A stretch of 64,000 nt of DNA, from the NCBI GenBank assembly GCA_039818205.1, contig JBCBUK010000008.1, positions 128,001 through 192,000 of the forward strand, given 5' to 3'. Below are positions 29,315 through 37,874 of this stretch, one piece after another; positions within the stretch are counted from its first letter, which is position 1; the number at the start of each line of letters is the position of its first letter. This DNA is from Verrucomicrobiota bacterium (GTDB taxonomy: Bacteria; Verrucomicrobiota; Verrucomicrobiia; Opitutales; Cerasicoccaceae). The notes under the pieces are model-generated. The model ran no database searches. It was not told where the DNA came from and was given only the letters and a program-made list of their open reading frames with translations. The position numbers were made by a program, and so were the translations under genes.

Positions 29315-29346
29315 GCTTAACGGTGAACTTAGCATTAGATTTCCTT

Positions 29347-29377
29347 TTGTTAAGCCAAAAATTGAATTGGTTAACAA
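29347..29377. promoter_or_regulatory. BirA-type biotin operator (bioO)
   Basis: TTGTTAAG-N15-GTTAACAA versus the known consensus TGTTAAC-N15-GTTAACA; directly upstream of bioA. Confidence 0.75.
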
Positions 29378-29548
29378 CTTGCGGTGATACCAAACACGGT
29401 TGAACTCCGACTCATTGGTCGATCTAAAATAACTCCCGTGAGGCGGAAATTTAGCTAAGTGCCGGGAAATTTAGAATTTGACAATAGACTGCCATTAGAA
29501 GTTTATCTCCTAATACAAGCACAGCCCAAATAAATTTAGACTTATTCT

Positions 29549-30883
29549 ATGCGCACACAACGAACCATCTTATCGGCTCTATTCGGTCTTACCCAGTTCG
29601 TTGCAGTGGGAAACTCTGGTGTCTATTCCCTTGGCCTTTCCGACAACGAGAACGTTCACGATTCTCCCATCCCTGGCTTTGTTGGCCCAGAGGGTGAAGG
29701 TATTGTACCAACGGAAGTCTCTGAGGATTCAAACGTCGTTAACCCCATTTTCCTGTCATGGGCAGACACCGTGATCGACTATTCTCCGGCTCTCGGAGAA
29801 GTCGCTCCGGGTTTTGAATCAGTTCGCGAGCCACTTTTCAAGGACCCTGCAGCCGCTCTAGGTCCTGTCACTGGGCTTCAAGAGTACGATGTGGTATCCC
29901 TGGGCGAGCTTAATGAAGCGTCGATCTTAGCCGGAGATCAACCGGGCATGTTGACGGTTGCTTTTTCGGAACCCATCGTCGATGGCACCGGAGCAGACTT
30001 TGTTATATTCGAAAACGCTATTATCCTATCAATTCTGGACACCGGAGGAGCCGGAATCGGCGGCATCTGGACTGAGCTTGCCTACGTCGAAGTTTCAAGC
30101 AATGGAACGGATTTTGCACGTTTTCCGGCGCATACTCCCGGGCTCAGCATCGTTGGCCCGTATGGCTCAAACGATCCACGAAATATCTACAATTTAGCGG
30201 GCAAACACGTAAACGCTGATGGCGACTCCTGGGGAACTCCCTTTGATCTCAGCGATCTTGAGGATCATCCACTGGTAGTTTCGGGCGATCTCGATCTAGA
30301 TCAGATAACCCAGATTCGCCTCATCGACATTCCCGGGAGTGGCGATTTCCTCGATGCGTTTGGAAACCCGATCTACGATGGCTGGATCACTTACGATACC
30401 GGTGGTGCAGATATCGAAGCCCTCGGAGCGATCAGCCAGAAACAAACCTTTGAGCGTTGGAACAGTAATCGCGGTTTTGAGCCGTTAGGCAATGACGATA
30501 ACGATCAATGGTGTCACCTCCAAGAATATGCGTTTGGCCTCGATCCAGGTCAGTTCGAACAGGGCAACATACCGGATCTTCAAGCCCAACCCGATGGGAA
30601 CTACACCTTGAGCTTTCCTCGAGACGAGCGGATAACCGATATCGACTACGTTGTTGAGCAACAAGGCACAAACTCCCCATCAAACAGCTGGACTGAAATT
30701 GCTCGCTTTTCAGGCTTCGAAGAGCCTGCTATTGACGACAGCGCTATTCTAACGCTAGAAATCAGCTCAACTGCTAACCAAGCCGCCATCGGCGTATTGC
30801 AAAAGATTACCTTGTTGTTGCCTCCCCCATCCGGCCCGGAGTTTGGAGTCTTTTATCGCATTAGATTGGAGGCAACTGAATGA
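29549..30883 (+). CDS. Secreted/cell-surface protein with Verrucomicrobia-type C-terminal domain
   Basis: Signal peptide; VVSLG...F.EPI.DG.GADF.IFEN...ELAYVEVSSNG.DFARFP...NLAGK...GTPFDL core; DDND...LQEYAFGLDP and terminal FYRIRL. Confidence 0.8.
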   Translation: MRTQRTILSALFGLTQFVAVGNSGVYSLGLSDNENVHDSPIPGFVGPEGEGIVPTEVSEDSNVVNPIFLSWADTVIDYSPALGEVAPGFESVREPLFKDPAAALGPVTGLQEYDVVSLGELNEASILAGDQPGMLTVAFSEPIVDGTGADFVIFENAIILSILDTGGAGIGGIWTELAYVEVSSNGTDFARFPAHTPGLSIVGPYGSNDPRNIYNLAGKHVNADGDSWGTPFDLSDLEDHPLVVSGDLDLDQITQIRLIDIPGSGDFLDAFGNPIYDGWITYDTGGADIEALGAISQKQTFERWNSNRGFEPLGNDDNDQWCHLQEYAFGLDPGQFEQGNIPDLQAQPDGNYTLSFPRDERITDIDYVVEQQGTNSPSNSWTEIARFSGFEEPAIDDSAILTLEISSTANQAAIGVLQKITLLLPPPSGPEFGVFYRIRLEATE

Positions 30884-31695
30884 ACAAGAAATCTGCGTTT
30901 ACACTAATCGAACTACTGCTCGGAGTAACCATCGTTGGTATTCTCGGAGCTTTGATTATTTCAGCGGTTTCCAGCGCCAGGGAACAAGCATTGGCGGCAG
31001 AGTCGACCAACAATATTCGTCAGCTGACATTGGCTAACCAAGCGTATGCCAGTGACCGTGGGCACTACGTTCCCTACGGAACGACATCGAACAACAACAT
31101 TCGCTGGCACAGCTCGCGGTCCAAGGGGGATTTTGATGGCCAAGGCGGCTACCTGAGCGACTACCTTGAAGGCGGACAAGTCCGCTATTGTCCGGTTCTC
31201 GAGGAGATGCCAAGAGATTCTTCGACACTACCATTTGACGCTGGAGCGGGTGGCTACGGCTACAATGACTTTTATCTGGGGCGGCCCCTACCCGACCAGG
31301 TTCCACCGCGTCAACGGGGTCCTCAACCAAAGGTTCCGCCTCGCGGCAACTGGATTGCAAACATCCCCGATCCAAGCCGAACGGTGATGTTTACTTCAAC
31401 AGCGATTGCCAGGGCTGGCGGCATCGAGGAGACGGATTTGGCGGCGCCCTTCCGGTCCGTGACGCGTTCTGGTTTGGGCGTGCCCATGACACCGACGGTG
31501 CATTTTCGATTCCAAGGCCAGGCGCTCGTTGCCTGGGCGGATGGGCATGTAACCATGGAGATTCCAAATCCAGACGCGCCCATTAAGCACAATGCCTACG
31601 GTGACGACAACGAGGCAAATTCCATCGGCTGGTTCGGTCCCATCGAGTGGAACGGCTATTGGAACCCGCGCTACGGCAACGGGGTCGCCTACTAA
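30880..31695 (+). CDS. Prepilin-type N-terminal cleavage/methylation (pseudopilin-like) protein, H-X9-DG family
   Basis: MNKKSA/FTLIELL leader with E5; NIRQL..A...YASD; CP; GYGYN; VAWADGHV. ATGA overlap with the upstream gene. Confidence 0.9.
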   Translation: MNKKSAFTLIELLLGVTIVGILGALIISAVSSAREQALAAESTNNIRQLTLANQAYASDRGHYVPYGTTSNNNIRWHSSRSKGDFDGQGGYLSDYLEGGQVRYCPVLEEMPRDSSTLPFDAGAGGYGYNDFYLGRPLPDQVPPRQRGPQPKVPPRGNWIANIPDPSRTVMFTSTAIARAGGIEETDLAAPFRSVTRSGLGVPMTPTVHFRFQGQALVAWADGHVTMEIPNPDAPIKHNAYGDDNEANSIGWFGPIEWNGYWNPRYGNGVAY

Positions 31696-31705
31696 GAAAC
31701 GGCGG

Positions 31706-32710
31706 CTAGCTTTTCCGCCATTCCTTCTTCTCCGGGACTGGAAGCCCACGCGCTTCAAAAGCGGTGCGGAAGTGTAATTTCGCGTAGTCTCCGAGCCGGG
31801 CATCACCAAATTTTTCAACGATCTGCTTAGCCTGGCTTTTCACCTTGGCACTCGCGCCCTTCGCGAGCTCCATATCAATCTCTTTGGACAGCTCGGCTAA
31901 CCTCCGGACATACTCCGCACGCGCACAGATCGATGCCGCCGCGACGACGGGGTCTTCTTCCGCCCTTGGGCGCATCCGTAGATCGAAATCCGTTGCCGCG
32001 AAGCTGTCTTTGGTCAGCGCCCGCTGAACCAGTGGCTGCTTCGAAAACTGGTCAAGTAAGCCCCAGGGCACCTCTTTATCCGCCAAGGCACTTTCCAAGC
32101 ACTTGGCATGTTGCCACGCGAGGAGCCGATTCAAATTACTGCCGAATTTCGTGTAAAGCTCGTTGTATTTGGCCATGCGCAAAGCCATGCGCTTCACCAC
32201 AACGCCCTTGGTTTCGCGGATAATCTTGTCGAGCTTGAGAATTGCTTTATCGCTCGTAACTCGCTTCGAGTCTTGAATTCCGGCATCGCGCCATTCGTTG
32301 ACCATGCCGCTCGTGGCAATCACGCAACAGGAAACCAACGGCCCAAAAAGGTCGCCCTTGCCCGATTCATCCAAACCCGCGTGATCTTCGAACCACTCCG
32401 GATTCAGGACATCATCATAGCCAAGCTTCGGGTCGTGCGTAATTTCGCCTTCTAGCACAAAGGTAACCCAATCCTCGGTCTTTTTACCTTGGACGACTAA
32501 TTTACCACTTTCATAGCCGACGATATTGATTTTGTCCCCCTTGTAGCCGAAGTGGGCATACTCGACCTCGTAATACTCCCACAAACGGCGCTCACACCAC
32601 TCCTTAACCTGGGCCATTTGCTCGGCGGTTAGTTTGATCGTATAGATGGTCTTTTTCTTGGGACCCTCTTCTTCCTGAGTCGCTTCCTTCTTTCGTTTGG
32701 GCATCGTCAC
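31706..32710 (-). CDS. rnhC: Ribonuclease HIII
   Basis: N-terminal TBP-like domain (YESGKLVVQG), GLDESGKGDLFGPL, DSK, VAAASICAR and AKLHF motifs. Confidence 0.93.
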   Translation of the reverse strand: MTMPKRKKEATQEEEGPKKKTIYTIKLTAEQMAQVKEWCERRLWEYYEVEYAHFGYKGDKINIVGYESGKLVVQGKKTEDWVTFVLEGEITHDPKLGYDDVLNPEWFEDHAGLDESGKGDLFGPLVSCCVIATSGMVNEWRDAGIQDSKRVTSDKAILKLDKIIRETKGVVVKRMALRMAKYNELYTKFGSNLNRLLAWQHAKCLESALADKEVPWGLLDQFSKQPLVQRALTKDSFAATDFDLRMRPRAEEDPVVAAASICARAEYVRRLAELSKEIDMELAKGASAKVKSQAKQIVEKFGDARLGDYAKLHFRTAFEARGLPVPEKKEWRKS

Positions 32711-32831
32711 GAAACAAAAAACAAATTCCCCAAAGTTGAAAGGACAAACGTCACGCCACCTTGCTTCATTCCGGTGGGCCTGACCCTTCGATTACTCCCG
32801 ATTTAGCCTTTGCATTCCCAAATGAATCCCT

Positions 32832-33887
32832 ATGGCTCATCTCATGCCATCGACCAAAGAGTCACTTTCGGAATACTCGAGTGCATTTTCTCAATCGATA
32901 CTTAGTTGGTATCGTCACAATGCCCGCGCACTTCCATGGCGAGAGGCGCCGTCCCTATACCGCACGGTGGTTTCCGAATTCATGTGCCAACAGACCCAAA
33001 TTGCGACGGTCTTGCCCTATTTTGAGCGCTGGATGGCACAACTACCCGATTTTGAATCATTGGCCGCAGCGCGAGAGGACAACGTTGTGAAGCTCTGGGA
33101 GGGGCTCGGCTATTATTCTCGCGCCAGGAACCTCCACAAGCTTGCTAGAAAATGGGTTGACGCAGACCCAAAACCACAAACGGCATCTGAGTGGTTAAAG
33201 TATCCTGGCGTAGGCGCGTACACGGCTGCGGCGATCTCAAGTATCAGCTTTGGCAAACATAGCGCCGTGGTCGATGGGAACGTCGTGCGAATCCTGGCCC
33301 GTCTGACCAACGACGAAACGCAGTTCAATGATAATTCCAAGGCCGTGAAGAATTTTACCCAGCTCGCGAATGACCTCATCCGCGAGACAACTCACCCCGG
33401 CGACCACAATCAAGCGATGATGGAACTTGGGGCAACCCTTTGCACCAAGGCAAACCCACAGTGTTTGCTTTGCCCGGTTCAAGAGTACTGCACCGGCCTG
33501 AGCCAAGGCGACCCGGCTCGCTTGCCCAATTTGGCAAAGCGAAAAATAACCGCGGTAACGCTCGATCGCGCATTCATTGTCCACAATGGACGACTCCTGC
33601 TTCACCGAATTCCTGCTGATGCCAAACGCCTAGCTGGAATGTGTGAGATTCCGCCCGGCGAACAAATCAATCTCCGGTTTCCGGCCGAACTCATCATCTC
33701 CCGTCGTCGCGGCATTGCTAACGAGCGCATTGAAGAACGGTTTTTCCGAATCGTTTTCAGCAAGGAGGTCGCAGCAATCATGGAAGAAGATGATACCCTT
33801 TTTCTGCATCCACTTGATCAGCTTGACCAGATCACACTGACTGGGCCACACCGTAAGTGGCTTCATGAGCTTTTACAGGAGATTTGA
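32832..33887 (+). CDS. mutY: A/G-specific adenine glycosylase
   Basis: LPWR, VSEFMCQQT, WEGLGYYSRARNLH, HhH PGVGAYTAAAI, VDGNV and the C-x6-C-x2-C-x5-C FeS motif. Confidence 0.95.
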   Translation: MAHLMPSTKESLSEYSSAFSQSILSWYRHNARALPWREAPSLYRTVVSEFMCQQTQIATVLPYFERWMAQLPDFESLAAAREDNVVKLWEGLGYYSRARNLHKLARKWVDADPKPQTASEWLKYPGVGAYTAAAISSISFGKHSAVVDGNVVRILARLTNDETQFNDNSKAVKNFTQLANDLIRETTHPGDHNQAMMELGATLCTKANPQCLLCPVQEYCTGLSQGDPARLPNLAKRKITAVTLDRAFIVHNGRLLLHRIPADAKRLAGMCEIPPGEQINLRFPAELIISRRRGIANERIEERFFRIVFSKEVAAIMEEDDTLFLHPLDQLDQITLTGPHRKWLHELLQEI

Positions 33888-33982
33888 TCCTCGGCAGTGC
33901 ACCTGCCCAAGATTTGTCAAAGTCTCGTTGGCCAACCCCTTTAGTCTTTAAACACGGTCTCTTTCGCTATTTACCTTAGGTC

Positions 33983-34741
33983 ATGGCACGACTCACAGAC
34001 GTAGTTGATTTCTGCAACCAACGAACGCACATCGATCGCGTGAAAGATTTCCCACCGGCGCACAATGGGCTTCAGTTTGAAAACCATGGCGACGTCAACA
34101 AGATCGGCGCAGCCGTCGATGCTGGCCTCGTTCCGTTCGAGCTCGCCGGGAAAGCGGGAGTCGACTTTTTGATCGTCCACCATGGGATGTTTTGGAATCC
34201 AGTGAACTCCTTCACCGGAGCCTGGCGGAAGAAACTCCTAACTCTTTTTGCCAGCAACTTGGCCGTATACAGTTCGCATCTACCCTTGGATTGCCATCCG
34301 CAGATCGGCAACAACGCAATTCTTGCCCGCAAACTCGGCATCAAGGTTGATGGTGGCTTCGTCAACTACGAGGGTAACGATATCGCGGTCACCGGCCCAT
34401 CACCCATTCGACACCGAGAAGAACTGCGAAATCGTCTCGCAGAACTTTTCCCGGAAACGCTTATTGCAATTGAAGAAGGCCCCGCACAGATCAAGCGCAT
34501 CGGAATCCTCACCGGCAGCGGTCGCTCTGCGATTCCTGAACTAAGAGCTAATCATATTGATACGTTCATTACCGGTGAGCTCAAACAGGAGCATTTCAAT
34601 ATCGCCCAGGAAGAAGGCCTCAATATTTACCTTGGTGGTCACTATGCCACGGAAACGTTTGGCGTATGCGCGCTGGCCGAGGAAGTCGCCCACAAATTCC
34701 ACTTGGAATGGGAGTTCATCGGCACCGATTGTCCACTCTAA
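33983..34741 (+). CDS. Nif3-like dinuclear metal center protein
   Basis: NGLQ, IVHHG, HLPLDCHP..GNN, ITGE and GHYATE motifs. Confidence 0.93.
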   Translation: MARLTDVVDFCNQRTHIDRVKDFPPAHNGLQFENHGDVNKIGAAVDAGLVPFELAGKAGVDFLIVHHGMFWNPVNSFTGAWRKKLLTLFASNLAVYSSHLPLDCHPQIGNNAILARKLGIKVDGGFVNYEGNDIAVTGPSPIRHREELRNRLAELFPETLIAIEEGPAQIKRIGILTGSGRSAIPELRANHIDTFITGELKQEHFNIAQEEGLNIYLGGHYATETFGVCALAEEVAHKFHLEWEFIGTDCPL

Positions 34742-34795
34742 GATGGCCTTAAAATATCGGCTTTCATTTTTCCCTCCGGTCAGTAGCCTAAAGCC

Positions 34796-35245
34796 ATGAA
34801 AATCGGAGTATTGAATGGCCCGAACCTCAATCGTTTGGGGAAAAGAGAGCCCAACATCTACGGGAACCAAACCTTAGCGGATCTCGAGGAATTGATCGAA
34901 GCCAAGGCCAAGGAGCTCCACATCTCGGTTGACTGCTTCCAGTCCAACCATGAGGGCGATCTCGTGGAAAAGATTCATCATTGGACCGATGAAAAGTTTG
35001 ACGGTTTTGTCCTTAACGGCGCTGCTTTCACCCACTATTCATACGCCTTGCGCGATGCAGTTGCCAGTAGTGGTTTGAGCGTCATTGAAGTCCACATCTC
35101 AAATATTTACGCCCGCGAAGAGTTTCGTCAAAAATCAGTTACCGCACCACTTTCCAAAGGCGTCATCACGGGATTGGGAACTAGCGGATATCTGTTTGCC
35201 CTTGAGTGGCTGGCTGAACACCCAAGTTCGCCGGACTTGGTCTAA
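34796..35245 (+). CDS. aroQ: Type II 3-dehydroquinate dehydratase
   Basis: LNGPNLNRLGKREP.IYG, QSNHEG and EVHISNIYAREEFR motifs. Confidence 0.96.
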   Translation: MKIGVLNGPNLNRLGKREPNIYGNQTLADLEELIEAKAKELHISVDCFQSNHEGDLVEKIHHWTDEKFDGFVLNGAAFTHYSYALRDAVASSGLSVIEVHISNIYAREEFRQKSVTAPLSKGVITGLGTSGYLFALEWLAEHPSSPDLV

Positions 35246-35466
35246 GGGGTCACGTAAATTGGAGCATCCGGGTCTACCCGATTGCGCTCGAATTCGCGAG
35301 ATGCGGTGCGTACTCGTTCTTCCATCTCCTTCCGATGCTGATACTCGGGGCTCATTGGGTCGTTGCTGGGATAAGCCATACTTCCCAACGAACTCACCAG
35401 CAAGTGTTCGGTACACCCGACCGTCAAAAGTGCTAAGAGAATGGCATTGGCGAGCTTGAGTGGCAT
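35242..35466 (-). CDS. Small putative lipoprotein
   Basis: Signal peptide ending in LTVG-C lipobox; starts 7 nt after pgpA. Confidence 0.55.
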   Translation of the reverse strand: MPLKLANAILLALLTVGCTEHLLVSSLGSMAYPSNDPMSPEYQHRKEMEERVRTASREFERNRVDPDAPIYVTP

Positions 35467-35473
35467 ACTCCAA

Positions 35474-36001
35474 TTAGACGATCATTGGCCGAGCAATGGC
35501 AACGGCAATGTGCAGGCAAATACAGGTGGCAACGCCCGCAGCAATATCGTCGACAACCACTCCTAGCCCGCCCGGCATCTTCTGCATACGCTTAATTCCA
35601 AGCGGCTTTAGGATGTCAAAGAATCGGAAAATCAGGAACCCAGCGAGCAAGATTGTCCACGACCATGAGCCGAATTCCTGAATAGCGCCCGCCAGTCCGA
35701 TGAAGCACACGGGAAGCGCCACCAGCTCATCTAAAATGACCTCGCCGGGATCTCGTTTCCCTAGCCTCTTTTCAGCCTCACCGCAGACCGCGATTGCAAG
35801 GTAAATCCACATCACCAACAAAACCGCGTAGGCAATCGGTGGGAGCGCGAAAAACTGCAACAAATAGAACAGAACACCAGCGACCGATCCATTCGTTCCG
35901 GGCGCTTTCCCCCAGTATCCAAGAGGACCCAGTGTGGCCAAGCCATTGATATAGGGACTAGAGAGCTTGGTCGTCCAGGTATGCCAACGATCAGGATTCA
36001 T
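35474..36001 (-). CDS. pgpA: Phosphatidylglycerophosphatase A
   Basis: APGTNGS, DPGEVILDE, FRFFDILKP and GVVVDDIAAG motifs. Confidence 0.93.
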   Translation of the reverse strand: MNPDRWHTWTTKLSSPYINGLATLGPLGYWGKAPGTNGSVAGVLFYLLQFFALPPIAYAVLLVMWIYLAIAVCGEAEKRLGKRDPGEVILDELVALPVCFIGLAGAIQEFGSWSWTILLAGFLIFRFFDILKPLGIKRMQKMPGGLGVVVDDIAAGVATCICLHIAVAIARPMIV

Positions 36002-36611
36002 TCTGATCCTCGCTTGGCTTTGAATCCTCTTCGTCTTTCGGCGAAAAGAGAAACCAGTATTTTGTCATGTAAGTTGTGCCGGATTGCAGCGTCAAAATCG
36101 ATGCAATCACGAACAGAACCATTCCAATTCCAAAGCAGCTCCTCATCATCGGTCCAACGTCACCGAAATCTTGCTTCAAAAGATAGGCCAACAGCAGAAA
36201 TGCAGCGGCCAGAATCTGAAAAACCGTTTTCACCTTCCCGCCCTTTTCCGCCGCCAGCACAACTCCCTGACTGGCAGCCACCAGGCGTAATCCGGTGATC
36301 AAGAACTCGCGCCCAATAATAATAAGAATGAGAAACAGACTCCACCAGGGAAGGAATCCAGGGATTGCCAGGAGAATCACAAACATTCCAACCATTAGAA
36401 CCTTGTCCGCAAGCGCATCCATTAGTTTGCCGAAATCCGTGATCATATTGAATCGCCGGGCAACATAGCCATCGGCCCAATCGGTCAATGCGGCCACAAG
36501 AAAGAGCACAAACGCAAGGGTTGCCGCCCCTTGCAGCGGAACGAAAAGCAGTGCCGCAATCACAAAAAGGAAAGCGATTCGCGACAGACTAAGAATATTC
36601 GGCAGGTTCAA
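35991..36611 (-). CDS. pgsA: CDP-diacylglycerol--glycerol-3-phosphate 3-phosphatidyltransferase
   Basis: NLPNILSLSR, TDWADGYVAR...TDFGKLMDALADK, REFLITGLR and GKVKT motifs. Confidence 0.95.
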   Translation of the reverse strand: MNLPNILSLSRIAFLFVIAALLFVPLQGAATLAFVLFLVAALTDWADGYVARRFNMITDFGKLMDALADKVLMVGMFVILLAIPGFLPWWSLFLILIIIGREFLITGLRLVAASQGVVLAAEKGGKVKTVFQILAAAFLLLAYLLKQDFGDVGPMMRSCFGIGMVLFVIASILTLQSGTTYMTKYWFLFSPKDEEDSKPSEDQNES

Positions 36612-36802
36612 AGCAGCGGGCGTTGAGTGTTTATCCAGAATTCCAAATTGCTAGCTGACAATAGCTCCGGGATTTCAACATCCATGAATCCGTTTGTGAA
36701 GCCCCAATGTGGAATCACCGTGATTTGCCGATTTATGGCTGCAAAATTCCGAAGGATGCTTTGCCCTTGATTCACCTCCGACTCCGTCCAAACTGCCTCC
36801 CC

Positions 36803-37291
36803 ATGCGACGCGCTATCTATCCAGGCACTTTCGATCCAATAACAAATGGGCATCTAGATGTCCTAGAGCGCGCATGCCATCTTTTTGACGAAGTTATCAT
36901 CGCGGTTGCCCCCAACGATCCCAAAGCCCCTATTTTTACGAAAGAAGAGCGTGTCACCCTCGTTGAATCAGTTACCAGTGACATGCCCAGGGTTTCGGTA
37001 AAACACCTGAAAGGCCTTACGGTTGAGTTTGCCCGCAACAACGGAGCCGTCGCATTGGTGCGCGGCCTGCGCGCTATTTCTGACTTTGAGTATGAATTCC
37101 AGATGGCGCAGATGAACCGGCACCTTGCGGATGACATCGAGACCATATTCCTGATGCCCAATCAGGAATATTTCTATACGAGCTCAAACATCGTGAAACA
37201 GGTTGCGAATTTCGATGTTGAAAAGATTTCTGCCTTCGTTCCGGACATCGTTCTGCGAGCGATGATTGAAAAATACAAGAAAGCGACCTAA
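36803..37291 (+). CDS. coaD: Phosphopantetheine adenylyltransferase
   Basis: AIYPGTFDPITNGHLD and RGLRAISDFEYEFQMA; ATG 36803. Confidence 0.96.
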   Translation: MRRAIYPGTFDPITNGHLDVLERACHLFDEVIIAVAPNDPKAPIFTKEERVTLVESVTSDMPRVSVKHLKGLTVEFARNNGAVALVRGLRAISDFEYEFQMAQMNRHLADDIETIFLMPNQEYFYTSSNIVKQVANFDVEKISAFVPDIVLRAMIEKYKKAT

Positions 37292-37299
37292 GTCACCCC

Positions 37300-37797
37300 A
37301 TGCCGTTAATTGCGATACTCTGGGGACTCGGAGGCGTTTTCCTCCTGGTGGGGAGCGCTGTTTGGCGTCTCACTCCCTATGCCGTCGAAGCCATTCAGGA
37401 TGGACTTACCATTCTTCAGTGGGCGATTACAGTCGTTTGGTGTGTGTTTATGTTGGTTGCGGAGGGCTATCGTGGTTTCCAGAAACAGTTTTCGCCCCGC
37501 GTGGTCGCTCGGTCCAAATATCTCTCACAAAATCCCGTGCTTTGGCATGTCGCCCTGGCGCCGGCGTTCTGTATGGGCTTTTTTCACGCTACCAAGAAGC
37601 GGAAGATCGTGACCTGGTGCGTCTTTACGGGAATCGTCACCCTAGTCCTGATTGTCCGACAATTGCCGCAACCGTGGCGTGGAATAATCGACCTAGGCGT
37701 CGTGCTCGGTCTCGCCTACGGCCTCATCTGGATCCTCATATTCGCAATTCGCTGCTATACCGGCGGCAAATTTGACGTTGATCCCGAGGTAAAATAA
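37300..37797 (+). CDS. Conserved-looking hypothetical membrane protein
   Basis: Four TM segments; EGYRGFQKQFSPRVVAR and PWRGIIDLGVV look like conserved motifs. Confidence 0.7.
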   Translation: MPLIAILWGLGGVFLLVGSAVWRLTPYAVEAIQDGLTILQWAITVVWCVFMLVAEGYRGFQKQFSPRVVARSKYLSQNPVLWHVALAPAFCMGFFHATKKRKIVTWCVFTGIVTLVLIVRQLPQPWRGIIDLGVVLGLAYGLIWILIFAIRCYTGGKFDVDPEVK

Positions 37798-37874
37798 AAA
37801 TTTCGACGCTTCTTGGGCGCGTCACGGCTTTTTTCCTTTAATAATGGTCAAAGTTTTGTTCCTCTCGCCGCCCT

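Noticed and set aside
29378..29548. Possible cobalamin riboswitch upstream of the surface-protein/pseudopilin pair
   Set aside because: Only fragments (GGGAA, AGACTGCC) are present. The conserved core and a full B12 box are not recognisable. A covariance-model search would settle it.
36608..36853. 81-aa minus-strand ORF upstream of pgsA and the extended coaD N-terminus
   Set aside because: They occupy the divergent promoter region and overlap coaD; no motifs are present and the coaD family start is at 36803.
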